DNA of 64,000 nucleotides, taken from positions 1,054,001 through 1,118,000 of the forward strand of contig NC_089436.1 of assembly GCF_026210795.1 (NCBI RefSeq), read 5' to 3'. The notes below the pieces were generated by a model that saw nothing but the letters and a program-made list of their open reading frames with translations, was not told the DNA's origin and did no database searches. The stretch is from Rhizophagus irregularis (taxonomy: Eukaryota). Below, in pieces: positions 14,961 to 27,672 of the stretch (position 1 is the stretch's first letter; every line of letters starts with the position of its first letter). The position numbers and the translations under genes were made by a program.

Positions 14961-15593
14961 GAAAACAAACAAATATAAGTACTTTATATGTATATGTATA
15001 TATTTATATTTATAGATTCCTATAGAATTTTTTTTTTAAAAAAATAACTTTGTATATAAAAATTTATTATTATTAATTATTATTATGAAAGTTATGAAAG
15101 TTATGAAAATTTATGAATTATAAATATTGTATATACATATACACATATACGATATTATAATTTATAGTATGATTATTGGTTTTTTTTTTAAGAGCAAAAA
15201 TATAGAAAAAAAAAATTTTATTAGCGTGAAAAAAAAAATCTTTAAGAAAAAAAAAAAAAAAAAATTCTGCGAGATTGATATTTATTATTTGTTGCATCTA
15301 TTTTTTTTTTTAAAAAAAAAAAAAAAAGGAAATTTTTAATAAAAAATAATCCGAATATTTTCTAATCCCGGTCAAAAATAAATTGGAACAGTGATACTTC
15401 CTTAGTAATAACATATAAAATGATAATATAAAAAAGGTAAATACATAAATGAATGCATAAATGACATACTCCCCAAAATGATGAAATATTTGGGTCATGG
15501 GACTACATATATATTTGTTGTCTAATGTAGATCAAATTTCATAACTTTTCAAACGCATAAATTTTTTCGATATCATAATAAAAAAATTATTTC

Positions 15594-16648
15594 TTATAAG
15601 ATGCAGATTGGTTCTTCCTGAATTCGTTGTTTGTCAGGAGGAACATAATAACAAAACGGAAGAAATATTGCTGCTCTAGTGTTTGTTCCAAAAATCAGAA
15701 ACAATATTATTCCACTATTGAAAAAAAAAAAAAGAAAATTATTTATGTATTAAAATAAATTTAAATAAAAGTTGTGCATTATAATAAAATTTTTTTTACT
15801 TACGCCGATGCTATAGTAAAAGAGCCAAATGTTATTATTGGAGAATCAACATTTTTATTAAAGAACACGATTCTTGGAATAAGATTGAGTGAAAACATAG
15901 CTGTGATCGTCACACAGCAAATTTGTAAGCGTACTGCGTGTCCCAATCTAATCGCGGTTGTTCTATTCATATTATTATTAAAATTTTTCCAACGTCTGTA
16001 TAGTATAACCGAAGAATGACCTAAACATGAGAAGAATAATAAATTAAAATTACGTTTTTTTCTGCAAAAAAAAATATGACTAGATCAATTCTTACATGTC
16101 ATGATCGCCACGATAAAAGTTATCATTGAAGTTGGTATTACATAAGCATAAAAACTAACCAAATTAATTGACCAATCAGTTGCCTTACAATTTAAAGGAG
16201 AAACTTTAACTCCCCAATTTTTTTGTTTACTTGAACGAGATATCTCAATAATATTGAAAATAATAGTGTATAACCAAATCGCACCAGAAACGTACCAAAA
16301 ACATTTTTTTTCGATATCGAGTCTATGTGTAACTAACACGTGCCACAAATAAAATGTTATTACTAAGGAAAATAATTCTAAAGGATATATTGTATTATTT
16401 GAAATTTTATTTGATATAATACAAAGTGGAGAATCAAATGCCCGATCAACTAATTCATTACCATACATAATTATTGGTGGTAAGGCAGAAAATCCATTAC
16501 CAAATGCAGAAATAAAAAGTTGAAACAAAGTCCACTTTGCAAAATGAGATTTTGATTTAAACAATAAAAAGATTAATATGGTTAATAATAATAAACTTAT
16601 TAATTGCAATATAATGTAAAATATTATGATAGGTGAATATTTTGGCAT
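15594..16648 (-). CDS. Putative 7-TM GPCR-like receptor, paralogue of 13770..14960, 3 exons
   Basis: Aligns end to end with its neighbour (KWTLFQ, PLC, YP.E.FS, DIEKKCF, NWGV, LNC, LYRRW, TAIRLG, FLIFGTN). Same intron positions and phases. Stop at 15594-15596. Confidence 0.75.
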
Positions 16649-18053
16649 TATAAAAAATTTTTTTTTTTTTTTAATTTGTTAAAAAAAACTTCGTTTCTTC
16701 GTTTTAATGTTATGTTACATAAAAAGCCTTATATTTTAAAAAAATGAAAAAAAAATGAAGGGGGAGTTTATATTTATTTGAATCAATGAAATATGCTAAA
16801 ACTTTTAAGAGGACGTCTAAAATTTCGAGTATTTATTTATTTTAGTTTCAAATTTGATTGCTTGTTTAATATCACATTTTAATGCATAATTATTTATTGA
16901 TAAAGAACCCATAAATTTATTATGTATATATAATTGATCCTTATAACCGACCGTACCTTCTTGTAACACTATAATAATTAAAGTAATAAATAAAGCAAAC
17001 CTTACATCTTAGGAAGGGTAGTTGTCTTTCATTGCACGAAAATCTCGTTCGTAAATCGTTCTTGATAATTTTGATTTTTTCGGATTATCCGCGCTCATCC
17101 CGGGGATAAATTAAAAATTGTAGTACTACGAAAGTAATTGACCATAAAGATAAATTCAACGTACTGTACTTTAAGAACTTTAATATGAAAACTCATTGTC
17201 ATAATTATAAATCGGTTTGTAAGACATTTGTATAACAAGCAAACAATTTTGATTTTTACATTTTATCAATCAATCAAATAAATTGTCAAATGATCAAAAC
17301 AATCTATAAACAATATTTGTACTTTTTTTTGTTCGATTAATTTCTAATTTTTTTTTTATACATAAATAATAAATTTTTAGGACGGAAAATCTAAAATTAG
17401 TATGATATGCTATGATATATTAATTGGTGAATTTTTCTTACAATTTAATTTAAATATTTCCGATTCTCAAACAATTTTATTTATTATATCATATGTCATT
17501 AATTATTAATTCTGACTCACTTATTTTTTTTTATATTTTCTTTTTTGGTTTTTTTTTTAAAAAAAAAATATATTTATTTGATACTAGATAATATTCTATG
17601 ATCTTCTGTATAATGAAAATATTTAAAGGTCAGAATAAAAATTATTTATAGTTTTACCTAAATCTAAAAATATTTTTGTCATTCCAAACTTTCAAGTTTC
17701 AAGTTGTAAAAATAATAATAATTTGAATTCTTTTTTTTTCTCATTACTTATAATATCAAAGTAAAACCTTGTGCGTATACTCATTCGTATATGATTTTCT
17801 CATATTATTTACTACAATTATTGCACAAAATCTATTAATTAAAGAAGATTGTTAATAAAACTCTCGATTTGAGTAATACGGAATAAATTAAAAAAAAAAC
17901 CCCGAGATTTGATCATCATGAACATGTCGTGCATTGCGCATTGGGCTATTGGTAGATCGGAATTAATAAACAAACAATTGGAACAATTGGTAATTTGACT
18001 ACTAAAATATTACGCTAATTACTAAATTAACTAATTAGAAAAAATATAATATT

Positions 18054-19199
18054 CTATATAAATCTTTTCACTATAATTAAAACATTAGCTATATTAATTG
18101 GTGATTCGAATATATGCTCTTTAAATGTAAAATATTTTAATCTTTGTAAAATTCCTTCAAGATGTACAATAAAATTTCGGTATTTACGAGTGTTGTCTTG
18201 ATAGATTTGTAATGTTAAAGATGATAATTGTCTACAAGATTGATTTATAGTTATTGATAATGATTCCAACTCAGTCTCTTCATAATTTTCATATATAAAC
18301 CATAATTTCTCCAAGTTAGATCCATTTACTTCAATAATTCCTTTTAGAACCGTAAAAGGAAGTACCGAATACTCAAATTTTAAGGATTTGAGATTTTGAA
18401 AATGAATCTTCGATAGTTCTTGACATTCTTCCGGATAAATATCCCATTTGTAAAATTCCAAATTTTCTAATCTTGTACAAGCTTGCAAAATATCTAAAGA
18501 ATGAATAGTATAATTATCATTTCTATTAACAAATTTTATATTTGTTAACGAAAGAGGATAATGTTTTAATAGTGGTTTATCAAATGATGGAAAAGAATTT
18601 GTGATAATCAGATTTTTTAAATTATGTTGAATTTGTAATAATTTAGAAATTTCTTTTTGATTCTGTCTAACACATTCAATGATAAGAGTTTCAATACCAT
18701 CACAAATTTTTGAAAGTATTGTAAGATTTTCAGGAATTAAATCACTAATTTCTAAGAATTTGATTTTTTTTAAGGATATATTATTTAAGATTTCTTCGTT
18801 TAAAATTATATCAAAATTCTCATAAATACCAATATTTTCATTATATAAATCGATCGTTAAATATGATAAATATTTACTTTTTTGTAAAAGCATTTGAAAT
18901 ATTTGTTTCCCATCATGTTCATACTTAAGATATTTCCAATCTAACCTTTTTAAAAATGATGGATAATCAAAGAGAAGTTCTTCGGAATTAATGTATCTAC
19001 GATATACATCCAATAATTTCTTGGATACACAGTTTGAAGTAAACGTTCTTGCAAACTCTAATGAATATCTCCAAAGAATCACGACAACTATTCTTGCCCA
19101 ATATCGACTAACAAGTAAAATAGAATGTAAAGTTTTAATATCATCCTTATAATTTTCGAAAATATTTTGTAAAATTTCCACTGGTACACTCGATTTCAT
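18054..19199 (-). CDS. F-box / LRR (RNI-like) protein
   Basis: 381-aa ORF with N-terminal VPVEILQNIF...TLHSILLVSRYW...LW F-box pattern, then LFDYPSFLKRLD and repeated LxxLxL (NLKNLII, NLKSLKF, NLEKLWF). Confidence 0.85.
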   Translation of the reverse strand: MKSSVPVEILQNIFENYKDDIKTLHSILLVSRYWARIVVVILWRYSLEFARTFTSNCVSKKLLDVYRRYINSEELLFDYPSFLKRLDWKYLKYEHDGKQIFQMLLQKSKYLSYLTIDLYNENIGIYENFDIILNEEILNNISLKKIKFLEISDLIPENLTILSKICDGIETLIIECVRQNQKEISKLLQIQHNLKNLIITNSFPSFDKPLLKHYPLSLTNIKFVNRNDNYTIHSLDILQACTRLENLEFYKWDIYPEECQELSKIHFQNLKSLKFEYSVLPFTVLKGIIEVNGSNLEKLWFIYENYEETELESLSITINQSCRQLSSLTLQIYQDNTRKYRNFIVHLEGILQRLKYFTFKEHIFESPINIANVLIIVKRFI

Positions 19200-19803
19200 T
19201 ATAATATTTTGTGAAAATTTCTTTTATTATTAAATTTTATAAGGCAAATAAATAAGTAAAAAATTGAAAAGAGAAAAAGGAAAAAGAGAATGTCGTTCGG
19301 AAGAAAACCAGATACTTCCGTGAATTACCATATTTATACTTTTTTTCATTTACTAACGATTTGCCTTGATAGTTTCCATATTTAAGCAAAATCATGTGAT
19401 AATCGAATACAAAAATAAGCCTACTTTATAAATTTAACCAAATTCCGCGAAATTAGTACGCAATAGCTAATTTTATCATAACCAGTTTTTTATCAAAGTT
19501 GGTAAAATGCCTAAGTTGGTTTTAAATCAAGGTTATCGTAAAATATTAATACTATCTTTGCTGCAATGAATTTTTTTTTTTTTTTTTAAAAAAAATATAA
19601 TTCAACTAATTACTGTATATTCTTAATTTAAATAACTAGATTTAAATTCATCATATTAAAAATGTTGTTAAAAAAATGTTATTAAAAAAATGTAGGTTAT
19701 GTAACTTTTTTTTAACAATAATAAAAACATTTTCCGAAAAAGGGATTACTAATATTTGATATCCAGCTAGTGGCGCAGTGCATAGGATGGGATTTACTGC
19801 GTA

Positions 19804-19982
19804 CCCTACAAAAATGTCACGAAAAAATCACGTGACTGTTTTTGACACATGCGTCACACCCTTCCTTGTTTCCATTTTTTATAATTTTTTCGAGGTGTGA
19901 ATCCTATTTGTCACACATTATTTGTCACATAGTTAATTTTTTAATTTCTTAATGCCGGCCGTTTCGTGACATTTTTGTAAGG
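19804..19982. mobile_element. MITE with CCCTA-type TIR (CACTA/CMC-like)
   Basis: 21-bp TIR CCCTACAAAAATGTCACGAAA / TTTCGTGACATTTTTGTAAGG with 1 mismatch. Confidence 0.8.
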
Positions 19983-20032
19983 TAGTCATAGGAATGGCGT
20001 TAAAAAAAACAAATTTTTGCGCGCAAATGGAT

Positions 20033-20135
20033 TAAAAAATTTTCAGAAAATTGATCACGTGCCTGAGTTTCTTCGGAATAAAAAACTAGAAAAATGATCA
20101 TTTATCGGAGTTTTTTCCAGAATTTTTTTATAGGG
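20033..20135 (-). mobile_element. MITE family A copy (about 105 bp), inverted relative to 20854..20960
   Basis: Near reverse complement of 20854..20960. Ends TTTTTATAGGG; the other end is eroded. Confidence 0.75.
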
Positions 20136-20478
20136 TAAGTATATGTCTACTAGGATTATACATACGTTTATAATAAAACGTTATGAAAATTGATAAAAAA
20201 CTTTTTAAGAATTATCCTAATTTTTTAATCGAAAATTTTCGTATGTTATGATCTGATGTGGCGCAGAGATTATATTTTATTATTGCAAAGAAAAGAAACT
20301 GAAGATGCAAACGGGCCCTTCATCTATTCACAGGTTTTCGGTGAGTACCAATCAAACCATTTTTGTATACATATATATTTTTTATCCAATATTACGTGAA
20401 ATGTATTCGATTGATTTTATAGTATAATATTTATTGTATATAGTTTTTATTTAGTATTTATTTGTATAATGGCAAAAA

Positions 20479-20608
20479 TAATTAGCCGCAACGTGATCCG
20501 GACCCGGCTCAGACGTAGATCGTCGTGGAATTCCAGGGGATTTTCTGCGATTAAACCGGGTCCGGATGATCGGCAATCAGGAATTCGGCTCCGTTTTTCG
20601 GCTAACTA
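20479..20608. mobile_element. Small GC-rich foldback/MITE
   Basis: Ends TAATTAGCCG / CGGCTAACTA, plus an internal inverted pair ATCCGGACCCGG / CCGGGTCCGGAT. No clear TSD. Confidence 0.5.
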
Positions 20609-20853
20609 CACCATTATATTTATTATATAAATATAAAAATTGTTGATACTGTATGTCTAATTAATTATTCCATGATAGAATATTTATTGTATAGTTACAT
20701 ATCTACGAATTCTACACAATACAAAGAAAAAACAGAGAACGATAAGAATAAAGGATATATATAGTGTAGATATCCGACATCCGCGAATGAATACGGATAT
20801 CCGTGTATTATAATCTGACGATAAAATCCATTAACGTTAATATCGTCACCACA

Positions 20854-20960
20854 CCCTATAAAAAAATCTGGAAAAACTCCGATAAATGATCATTTTTCTT
20901 AGTTTTTATTCCGAAGAAACTCAGACATGTGATCATTTTTCTGAAAAATTTTTTATAGGA
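20854..20960 (+). mobile_element. MITE family A copy
   Basis: TIR CCCTATAAAAAA / TTTTTTATAGGA. Shares AACTCCGATAAATGATCATTTTT with the copies at 20033 and 29687. Confidence 0.8.
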
Positions 20961-22169
20961 CTTCTTTCAAGACTCTAAAATATCTCCTACAAAATTAAGA
21001 AAAAAATAGAAAATAATTTTTCATATCGATTCACAATCTTAGATGAATTAAATATGATATTTTTTATCAAATTATTTTGTTTATACGGTAGGCAAAGTTT
21101 TTCAATTGATCTCTCGCCCGATAATTATGTATTATGCTCCGTTACAAACATGCCGTATGGTATGAAGTGAAATACTAATATTGACTAAAGAATATGATTT
21201 TGTCATGACTGTTTGGCCGCTCCAAGTCAATTCTCTGTTTAGCATAGTTACAATATCCGGATAAAAACTTTCACCTTTAAATTTTTGCCTAAATTAAATA
21301 AATTATGTGTTGATGAAAAGGGGTGGGCAAAATAATTCATGGAAATATAGCCACAGGACAAATAAGTACTATTTTCTGTTAAATTTTATTATATATCGTT
21401 TTCCAAATTCCAACCCTAAATAAGTATGACATAAAAATAAATATGAATAAATAAATAAATAAATATATAAGGATAGCACAAATAAGAGCGCTTATAGTAG
21501 AAGTTGCCTAATCCTATTGTCACTAAATTTAACTTCCCCATTTGCCAGCAGATACGGTTCACTTTTATTATAAAAGTGATTTTTTAACTGTCCTTCATCA
21601 CGTACGTCATTTTACGGATAAACGAAATTTTGTATAACGTATAATTAATAACTTACCATAATTTTATGGGAAGCGGGATAAACAAGAAAGACGAAAGGAC
21701 TGAGAGATGAAAAGAAGAGAAGTGAAAGCGAAAAGTGATAATCGAAACGGTGAATGTACATTTTAAACATTTGACCTTTTTCGACAAATTTTTAACAAGT
21801 AAAGAGGGTAAAATAAAAATTTTAAGTTATTGAGCTTTTACATTTTGTTGCGAATCTAAATTAAATTAAAGCAATATAATTGTTCATTAAATTCTCATTT
21901 TCCTTAGAATAAAAGTTTAGATTAATTCTCAAAGGTTTGTTAAAAATTCCATTAAATCTCATTTACCTATTTGATTACTAGTTATAAATTTAACCTATTT
22001 ATTCAACAATAAATGACTAACAGAATAATATATAGTACATAAATAAATATTGCATATTATGATAATTATATAGTTGGTATTTACATAAGAAAATCAAGTT
22101 GAATTACTTAATAAGATAAGAAATGTTTTTTTTATAAAAAAAAATCAAAAAAATCATTAATATTAGATC

Positions 22170-22310
22170 CTCCAAGTTCAATTAAATCGAGTTGAATTGA
22201 AGTCTATTTATAGAATTTCCGCCGGTCCAATTTCTCTTAAAATTGCAATATCGCATTTTTTGCATTAGTTTGCTGTCGCTTGCAATCTAGACATATAATT
22301 GAGATTCATT
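22170..22310 (-). pseudogene. Relic of kinase-family N-terminus
   Basis: Broken reading DCKRQQT..CKKCDIAILRE..NWTGGNSI, matching the N-termini of the 51-62 kb kinases. Confidence 0.7.
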
Positions 22311-22349
22311 TTAAGTGTTAATATCATATAAGTACAAATAATAATACAT

Positions 22350-22961
22350 CTAATTGAAAAAATGATTATAACATACGTAATAAATGTCATCATACGTAAA
22401 GCATTGCCTTCGTTTTATTAAATCTCCGTAAGAATAATCCATTATTTGAAGTTGTTTTCTTTTACTGAAACCTATTTTATTAATATTGGCTATTACTCGA
22501 TCTTTAATTTGGTCAATTTCGTTTATATTGGTAGCTTGTTCAATTTGTTTCTCCCAAGTTTGATTACTTCTTTCTAATTCGTTATTTGTAATTTCCACTA
22601 TTGGACTAAGATAATTTAGTTCCATTGAGTCTTGACCATTTAAACAATCATTAATTTCTTTAATGGCAATAGTTCTTGCTTCCTGAATCGTTATCATCCC
22701 GTGGTGTTTTCTATAGTCTGTAATTAATTTGACTAATGGTTTTTTCTTAATGATATCGTCATTCGGAAAATGGTAACTATAATATGGGTTATTCTTGAAT
22801 TTATTCTCAAACTCTTGCTTCCAATTTTCTTCTAAAATTTCATGAGCTTTACTTTGTAAATTTACATTATTTAAATCGGTTTCTATTTCTCCAATAGCAT
22901 TTTTAAAAAGGGTATTTCCCGTTTGTTCAGCAACAATTTTTCTTTCAAACATATTAAACAT
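22350..22961 (-). CDS. Intronless 203-aa helical-repeat protein, possibly derived from Mollicutes-related endobacteria
   Basis: Open 612-bp ORF in AT-rich DNA with two AIxEIxxxL...W repeats (AIGEIETDLN...NWKQEF; AIKEINDCLN...ITNNELERSNQTWEKQIEQATNINEIDQIKDRVIANI). The origin is inferred from recalled resemblance only. Confidence 0.65.
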   Translation of the reverse strand: MFNMFERKIVAEQTGNTLFKNAIGEIETDLNNVNLQSKAHEILEENWKQEFENKFKNNPYYSYHFPNDDIIKKKPLVKLITDYRKHHGMITIQEARTIAIKEINDCLNGQDSMELNYLSPIVEITNNELERSNQTWEKQIEQATNINEIDQIKDRVIANINKIGFSKRKQLQIMDYSYGDLIKRRQCFTYDDIYYVCYNHFFN

Positions 22962-24346
22962 ATTGAGTGAAAATTATTATTATAATAATTTAAACTGGCG
23001 CGTAACAAGATTGTTAGATTTTTTTTTGTTTGGCAGTTTAATAGATACAATGGACGTATTTATGAGGAATTTTCCGTACACAAAATCACATTATTTTGTT
23101 CACACGAGTCACGAGTCGTGATACTACAAAAACAAATTTTCAAAAAAGTAGGGGACGATCATGTAACATTTTATAAAAAGTTTATATCGCATTTAAATAA
23201 CGCACATATCTGATCTATTCTAATTAAAAATTTATCAGCGTGACCAATAGTCGGATAATAAAATAGATCTTATATTTACCCATATGCATGTGATATCCGG
23301 TATTTGCCGATTATTGTCCGGCAATGACCGACGAAATTGGCGCAGCAGTATCATGCACTTAATTTCGTCTCACACTCCTATTTGTTCAAATTATAATCAA
23401 ACATTGAAAATAAATAAATTAAAATAAAAGATGAAAAATAGATCATTGTTTGTGATAAACGTTTGATATATTTGCAACAAAAAAAAGTCAGCTGACCATG
23501 TATCTTCGTAATGGGAAAAAAGTATTTTATAAGATTATAAAGTCATGGTATTAATCAAAGCTTTTTAAAAAAGAGGTGTGCAAGATTGCTAGTATAATGC
23601 GAGAAAGGAGAAAAAAATAAAGTTGCGTAGCGTGTTATTATTTATTCTTATTTTGTATTATCTTATTCATTAAGATTTTGACAATTCTTTATTTTTTTGA
23701 GCTTTTATTAGTAAAGTACCTAAATATAAGATACCGCAAAGACTTTATATACTAAAGATACTAAAGTTTCACGGATCGTTCGATAAGAATAAAAGATATG
23801 ATCAGTAAACGTATTGAGTTACGCCACATAAACGTCAATGAAATGTTGTAATATTAGTTATATTAACCAATCACAAGAATTTTACCATGCTCGTGGTGGA
23901 ATTTGATGGATTAAAGCATCTAAAATGTAACATTAGCCTACTTATCATTAGGTTTATAAATATCATATGCACTAACACTGGGGGGCATTACGCCATAAAT
24001 TTGATAGATTATCAACATTAATGATCTTCCATTAAATTACGGATCTTCGGTCCCTGAAATTATTTTTAGGAGGCTTAACCCCCTGACTAGAACTCCTCGA
24101 TATTTCTCCTCTTCACTTACCAATTATTACCTTTTCGTTAACAGATCAACGGACAATCCGTTATCATGCCAATAATTTCCTCCCGAAAAATTCCTTTAGT
24201 AAAAGGATCATACTGTATATTAATTTATAAAAAAAAATTGTTTTTGCGATTTACTTTCAGTAACAAATAGTGACGACCAAGGAAAAATTTTGTTTTTTCT
24301 TTATTAATATTAGTAATTAACCTAAAGTTCTTTGAATAATACAGAA

Positions 24347-24907
24347 AGTTGTGGAGTCCGGTTGGTCAAATGAGTGGAGTACAGTCATGTGAAGTATTAC
24401 AAAAATGTAATTTGCGAACCTATTATTATGTAATATATAACAAAAAACTATTGTACTGTACGACTGTATGCCGAATACTACTATAATTGAATTGTTAATA
24501 ATACACTATAATTATAAATTGTAATAATACCTTATGTTTATTAAAGCTTGAAATGCGTTACTTCGTTCTTTAAATTGTTCTTTAAATTATTGGGCTGAAT
24601 ATTTTGCTTTTTCTTTTTTCTTCACGTTTTTAATGTCTACGGCGAATACTAACTTGCGAAGATGTATGAATGGAATATTTTGAATATAAAATATAACATA
24701 ATAAAAAAAAATTGAAATTATAATTGGATTGTAATTGCATACAACTCTTTTTAATTTTTAATTTAACAAGCTAAATAATAAAATTCTTATATTACGTACT
24801 CCGCATACTTAAAAGGTTTACATACGCACTATTGAGTACAATGTATTATTAGCGTAACGTAATCAACACCTTTTTAGCACTCAACACCTCTAACGGACTC
24901 CACAACT
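24347..24907. mobile_element. Putative non-autonomous TIR element
   Basis: 14-bp inverted pair AGTTGTGGAGTCCG / CGGACTCCACAACT. No TSD seen. Confidence 0.45.
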
Positions 24908-25091
24908 ATTCGTCCCACCTAAGTTCTTTGGCAACAATTCCTTACTTATAGGATGTTCTACGATGAGGAAAAAAAAGATCTATTTTTATAATTAAATGAC
25001 TAAAATTTAATTTATTTTAATATGGAACTAATGAAATTGTGAGCTTTTAAAGTTTAAAAATGATGAAATGCCTAAAACGCGTTGTATCATC

Positions 25092-25667
25092 GGTTACGGT
25101 ACATTTCGCTAAAATCCATTTCGCCGAAGCCATTTCGCCGAAGGGATGTTTCACCAAAGGGATGTTTCGTCGAAAATGCATTTTATCGGATTTCACCGAA
25201 TCGTCCATTTCGTCGGGACATTTCGCTGAAAATGGTAGTGATTAACATTTTTATAAAAAATATTCATCGCGCAATGAAAATATTTTTAGAGATCTTTCTT
25301 TTTTCCAGAATATTATCACTTTAACATTCAAGTAACTGATATTAATTGTTAAGCAATAAATAAATAACTTTATCCTCTGAAAACATTTATTCACGAGAAA
25401 AAGATTAATGTATTGTAAACGAGATAAATTTAATAAAAATATCTAATTCAAAAATTTTTCTAGAAAAGATTTCTTAATGTATTTAGTGTAAAAACAATAA
25501 AATAACCGAATTGGATAAATAATTTTTCGGCAAAATGACGAAATGTCCATTCAGGAAAATGGCTTCGACGAAATGGACGTCACTTCGACGAAATATCTCT
25601 TCGGAGAAACATCCCTTCGGCGAAATGGCTTCGGTGAAATGGATTTCGGTGAAAATTTCCGATACCC
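25092..25667. mobile_element. Foldback-like non-autonomous element with long repeat-built inverted arms (possibly Mutator-like)
   Basis: Left arm of tandem CATTTCGCCGAA units (25092-25233) and right arm of the reverse-complement units (25525-25667) around an AT-rich core, with GG...CC termini. Related solo ends at about 27932 and 36646-36712. Confidence 0.8.
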
Positions 25668-25949
25668 AGTAAAGGTTAGTATGCAATATTTAAGAAATTT
25701 ATTTAGGTTTAAGGCCAAGTGATTTCTTTTAGTTAGAAATAATATTACAATGTTTAGATGCTAATCCATCAAATAGATCAATAGCATCCCAACTTTCTGT
25801 TTCGAAACTATGTAAAAAAAAACCCAACGAGAAATATTAATGTTATTTAACGAAAAAAATAAACAATTCCTGACGAAGTATGCTTTTAATTTTTCTTGCC
25901 CAAATAGCAAAACTGAATGTCTAATATTAATATTGCTAACTATTTTAAC

Positions 25950-27221
25950 ATTTGACGTTAAGTGTCCTTACTTTTACATCATAGAAAAATTGAAATAAAT
26001 GTTCGTTTCATGACATTCTAAAATATTAAAAATTTAAAATCTAAATTTCTTCACAGCATCAAATTGTTTAGATAAATCGGATGGATCAGGGTTATCATAA
26101 ATTTCTGAGATACCAGTTTCCGAAGCAATCAAAGTTGAGATGCTGTTGGTCTATTTGATGGATTGGTATCTTAACATTGTAATATTAATCCAGAACAAGC
26201 AGATGGAGTTCCACTAACAACATTTGGTCTTAGCCTTATGTAGATTTCTTGAATAAGTTGTTTCATGAGGATATCGTAATAAACACAAGTAGCAGCTGAT
26301 ACATCCACATGATCACCAAAGCCATATCAGATTCTTTGGTTGGTGTACTATTCCCATCCAATATTTCTGGAGCAACAAAAGGTATTACGCCATAAGTTTG
26401 CTGAGATGACACTGATTTGAAGTCCAGTATCGGTGATTTTAGCACCAACTGAACCCATTTCATTTTCAACTAGTATATTACCTCCATGCAAATGACCATG
26501 AACAAGACCTAGTTTATGAATGGTAATAAGACCCACCACAACATATCCACAATATCTCTCCAGCAAATAATCCCCAAAGATTCTTCAAGATATGAGTACA
26601 AATTTCCATTTTAATACCTTAGAACGAACATATAACATGACGTTGGGTCTTTGGTTATACCAAAGCAATCTGCTAGTGCTCCACTTTGTAAACATTTATG
26701 ATATTTGCGTAACCTTTTTTTTCAAAAAAAAGAAAATTTGTTAGATAAAAAAAAATGAGGACATATTTCATTAAATACTTTCGGATAAATTAACTAATAA
26801 AAAGACTGTGTAACGATTGAATACTAACTTGATTTATAAAGACTCATATTATAAACGTTTCAATATAACCTTAATTCGGACCATTACGTGACCATACTTC
26901 AGCTTCCTCATCCAGATTCCACCTTGGACCTTCCATCCATATGGCAGAATATATTGAGCTGAAAGCGCCTCTTTTATTGGTATTTAAATTGATTGAAATC
27001 AATCCATTCGAGATAATCCATATCCTCATTGGTAGTTAATTAAGTATAATTATCTGTACTAGGATTTCCGCTGGTCCAATTGCGTAAATTTTCTTTCAAA
27101 ATTGCAATATCGTAAGTTTTACACCATGCTGCCGCAGTTCGTTGTTGTTTGCAATCTGAACAGTTGCCGTATAATTGAGATTTAATGAATCTAATGAGCT
27201 AGACTGATCTCCAAAATCCAT
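25950..27221 (-). pseudogene. Full-length TKL pseudokinase-family pseudogene with multiple frameshifts and stops
   Basis: YGNCSDCKQQRTAAAWCK, NWTSGN, DYLEWID, WMEGPRWNLDEEAEVWSRNGP, FGITKDPTSCYMFV, HGHLHGGNILVENE, YGVIPFVAPEI and PSDLSKQFD are spread over several reading frames. Confidence 0.9.
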
Positions 27222-27672
27222 ATAATTTTGTTTTTATTTTATTTTTTTTTAAAAAAAAAATTGAAGTGCTTTATAAGCATAAGTAATTAAAGTTTTGTTA
27301 TGTAATTCATTCCAGAAAAGAAACAGGTCACATATATACAAATAGTGTAAATATTCTAACAGAAAGTTCTTTTTTTTTTTTGTTTCATTCGTGTAACGCC
27401 AATCAAACGTGATCATCACAATCGATTTCCGATAACATAAACAAATATTTGTTTTAAAACAGGTTTTTTTTGAAACGTAAAATGAATTAAATGAATTTAA
27501 TCTATTATTTTTAATTTAATAGTATCAAGTGATATCAATCTCATATTTTGAATTTGATCTCGAAGTTGTACTATCCATGCATTGACATTGAGTCACTTCT
27601 ATGATATTCATCTATTTCTTTTGTATTTGTATTTTCATTGCTAACATTTTTAATTTTTTGCATGGCTATCCT

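Noticed and set aside
15221..15330. Poly(T)-poly(A) hairpins that look like terminators (many in the window)
   Set aside because: Low-complexity tracts expected in this AT-rich eukaryotic genome.
14442..16019. ORFs 14442..14669 (-) and 15774..16019 (+), which resemble each other
   Set aside because: They are antisense shadows of exon 2 of the two receptor paralogues.
25092..25667. CRISPR-like array and the short ORFs 25060, 25082 and 25483
   Set aside because: The units abut without unique spacers and are arranged as inverted arms in eukaryotic DNA. The ORFs are translations of the repeat.
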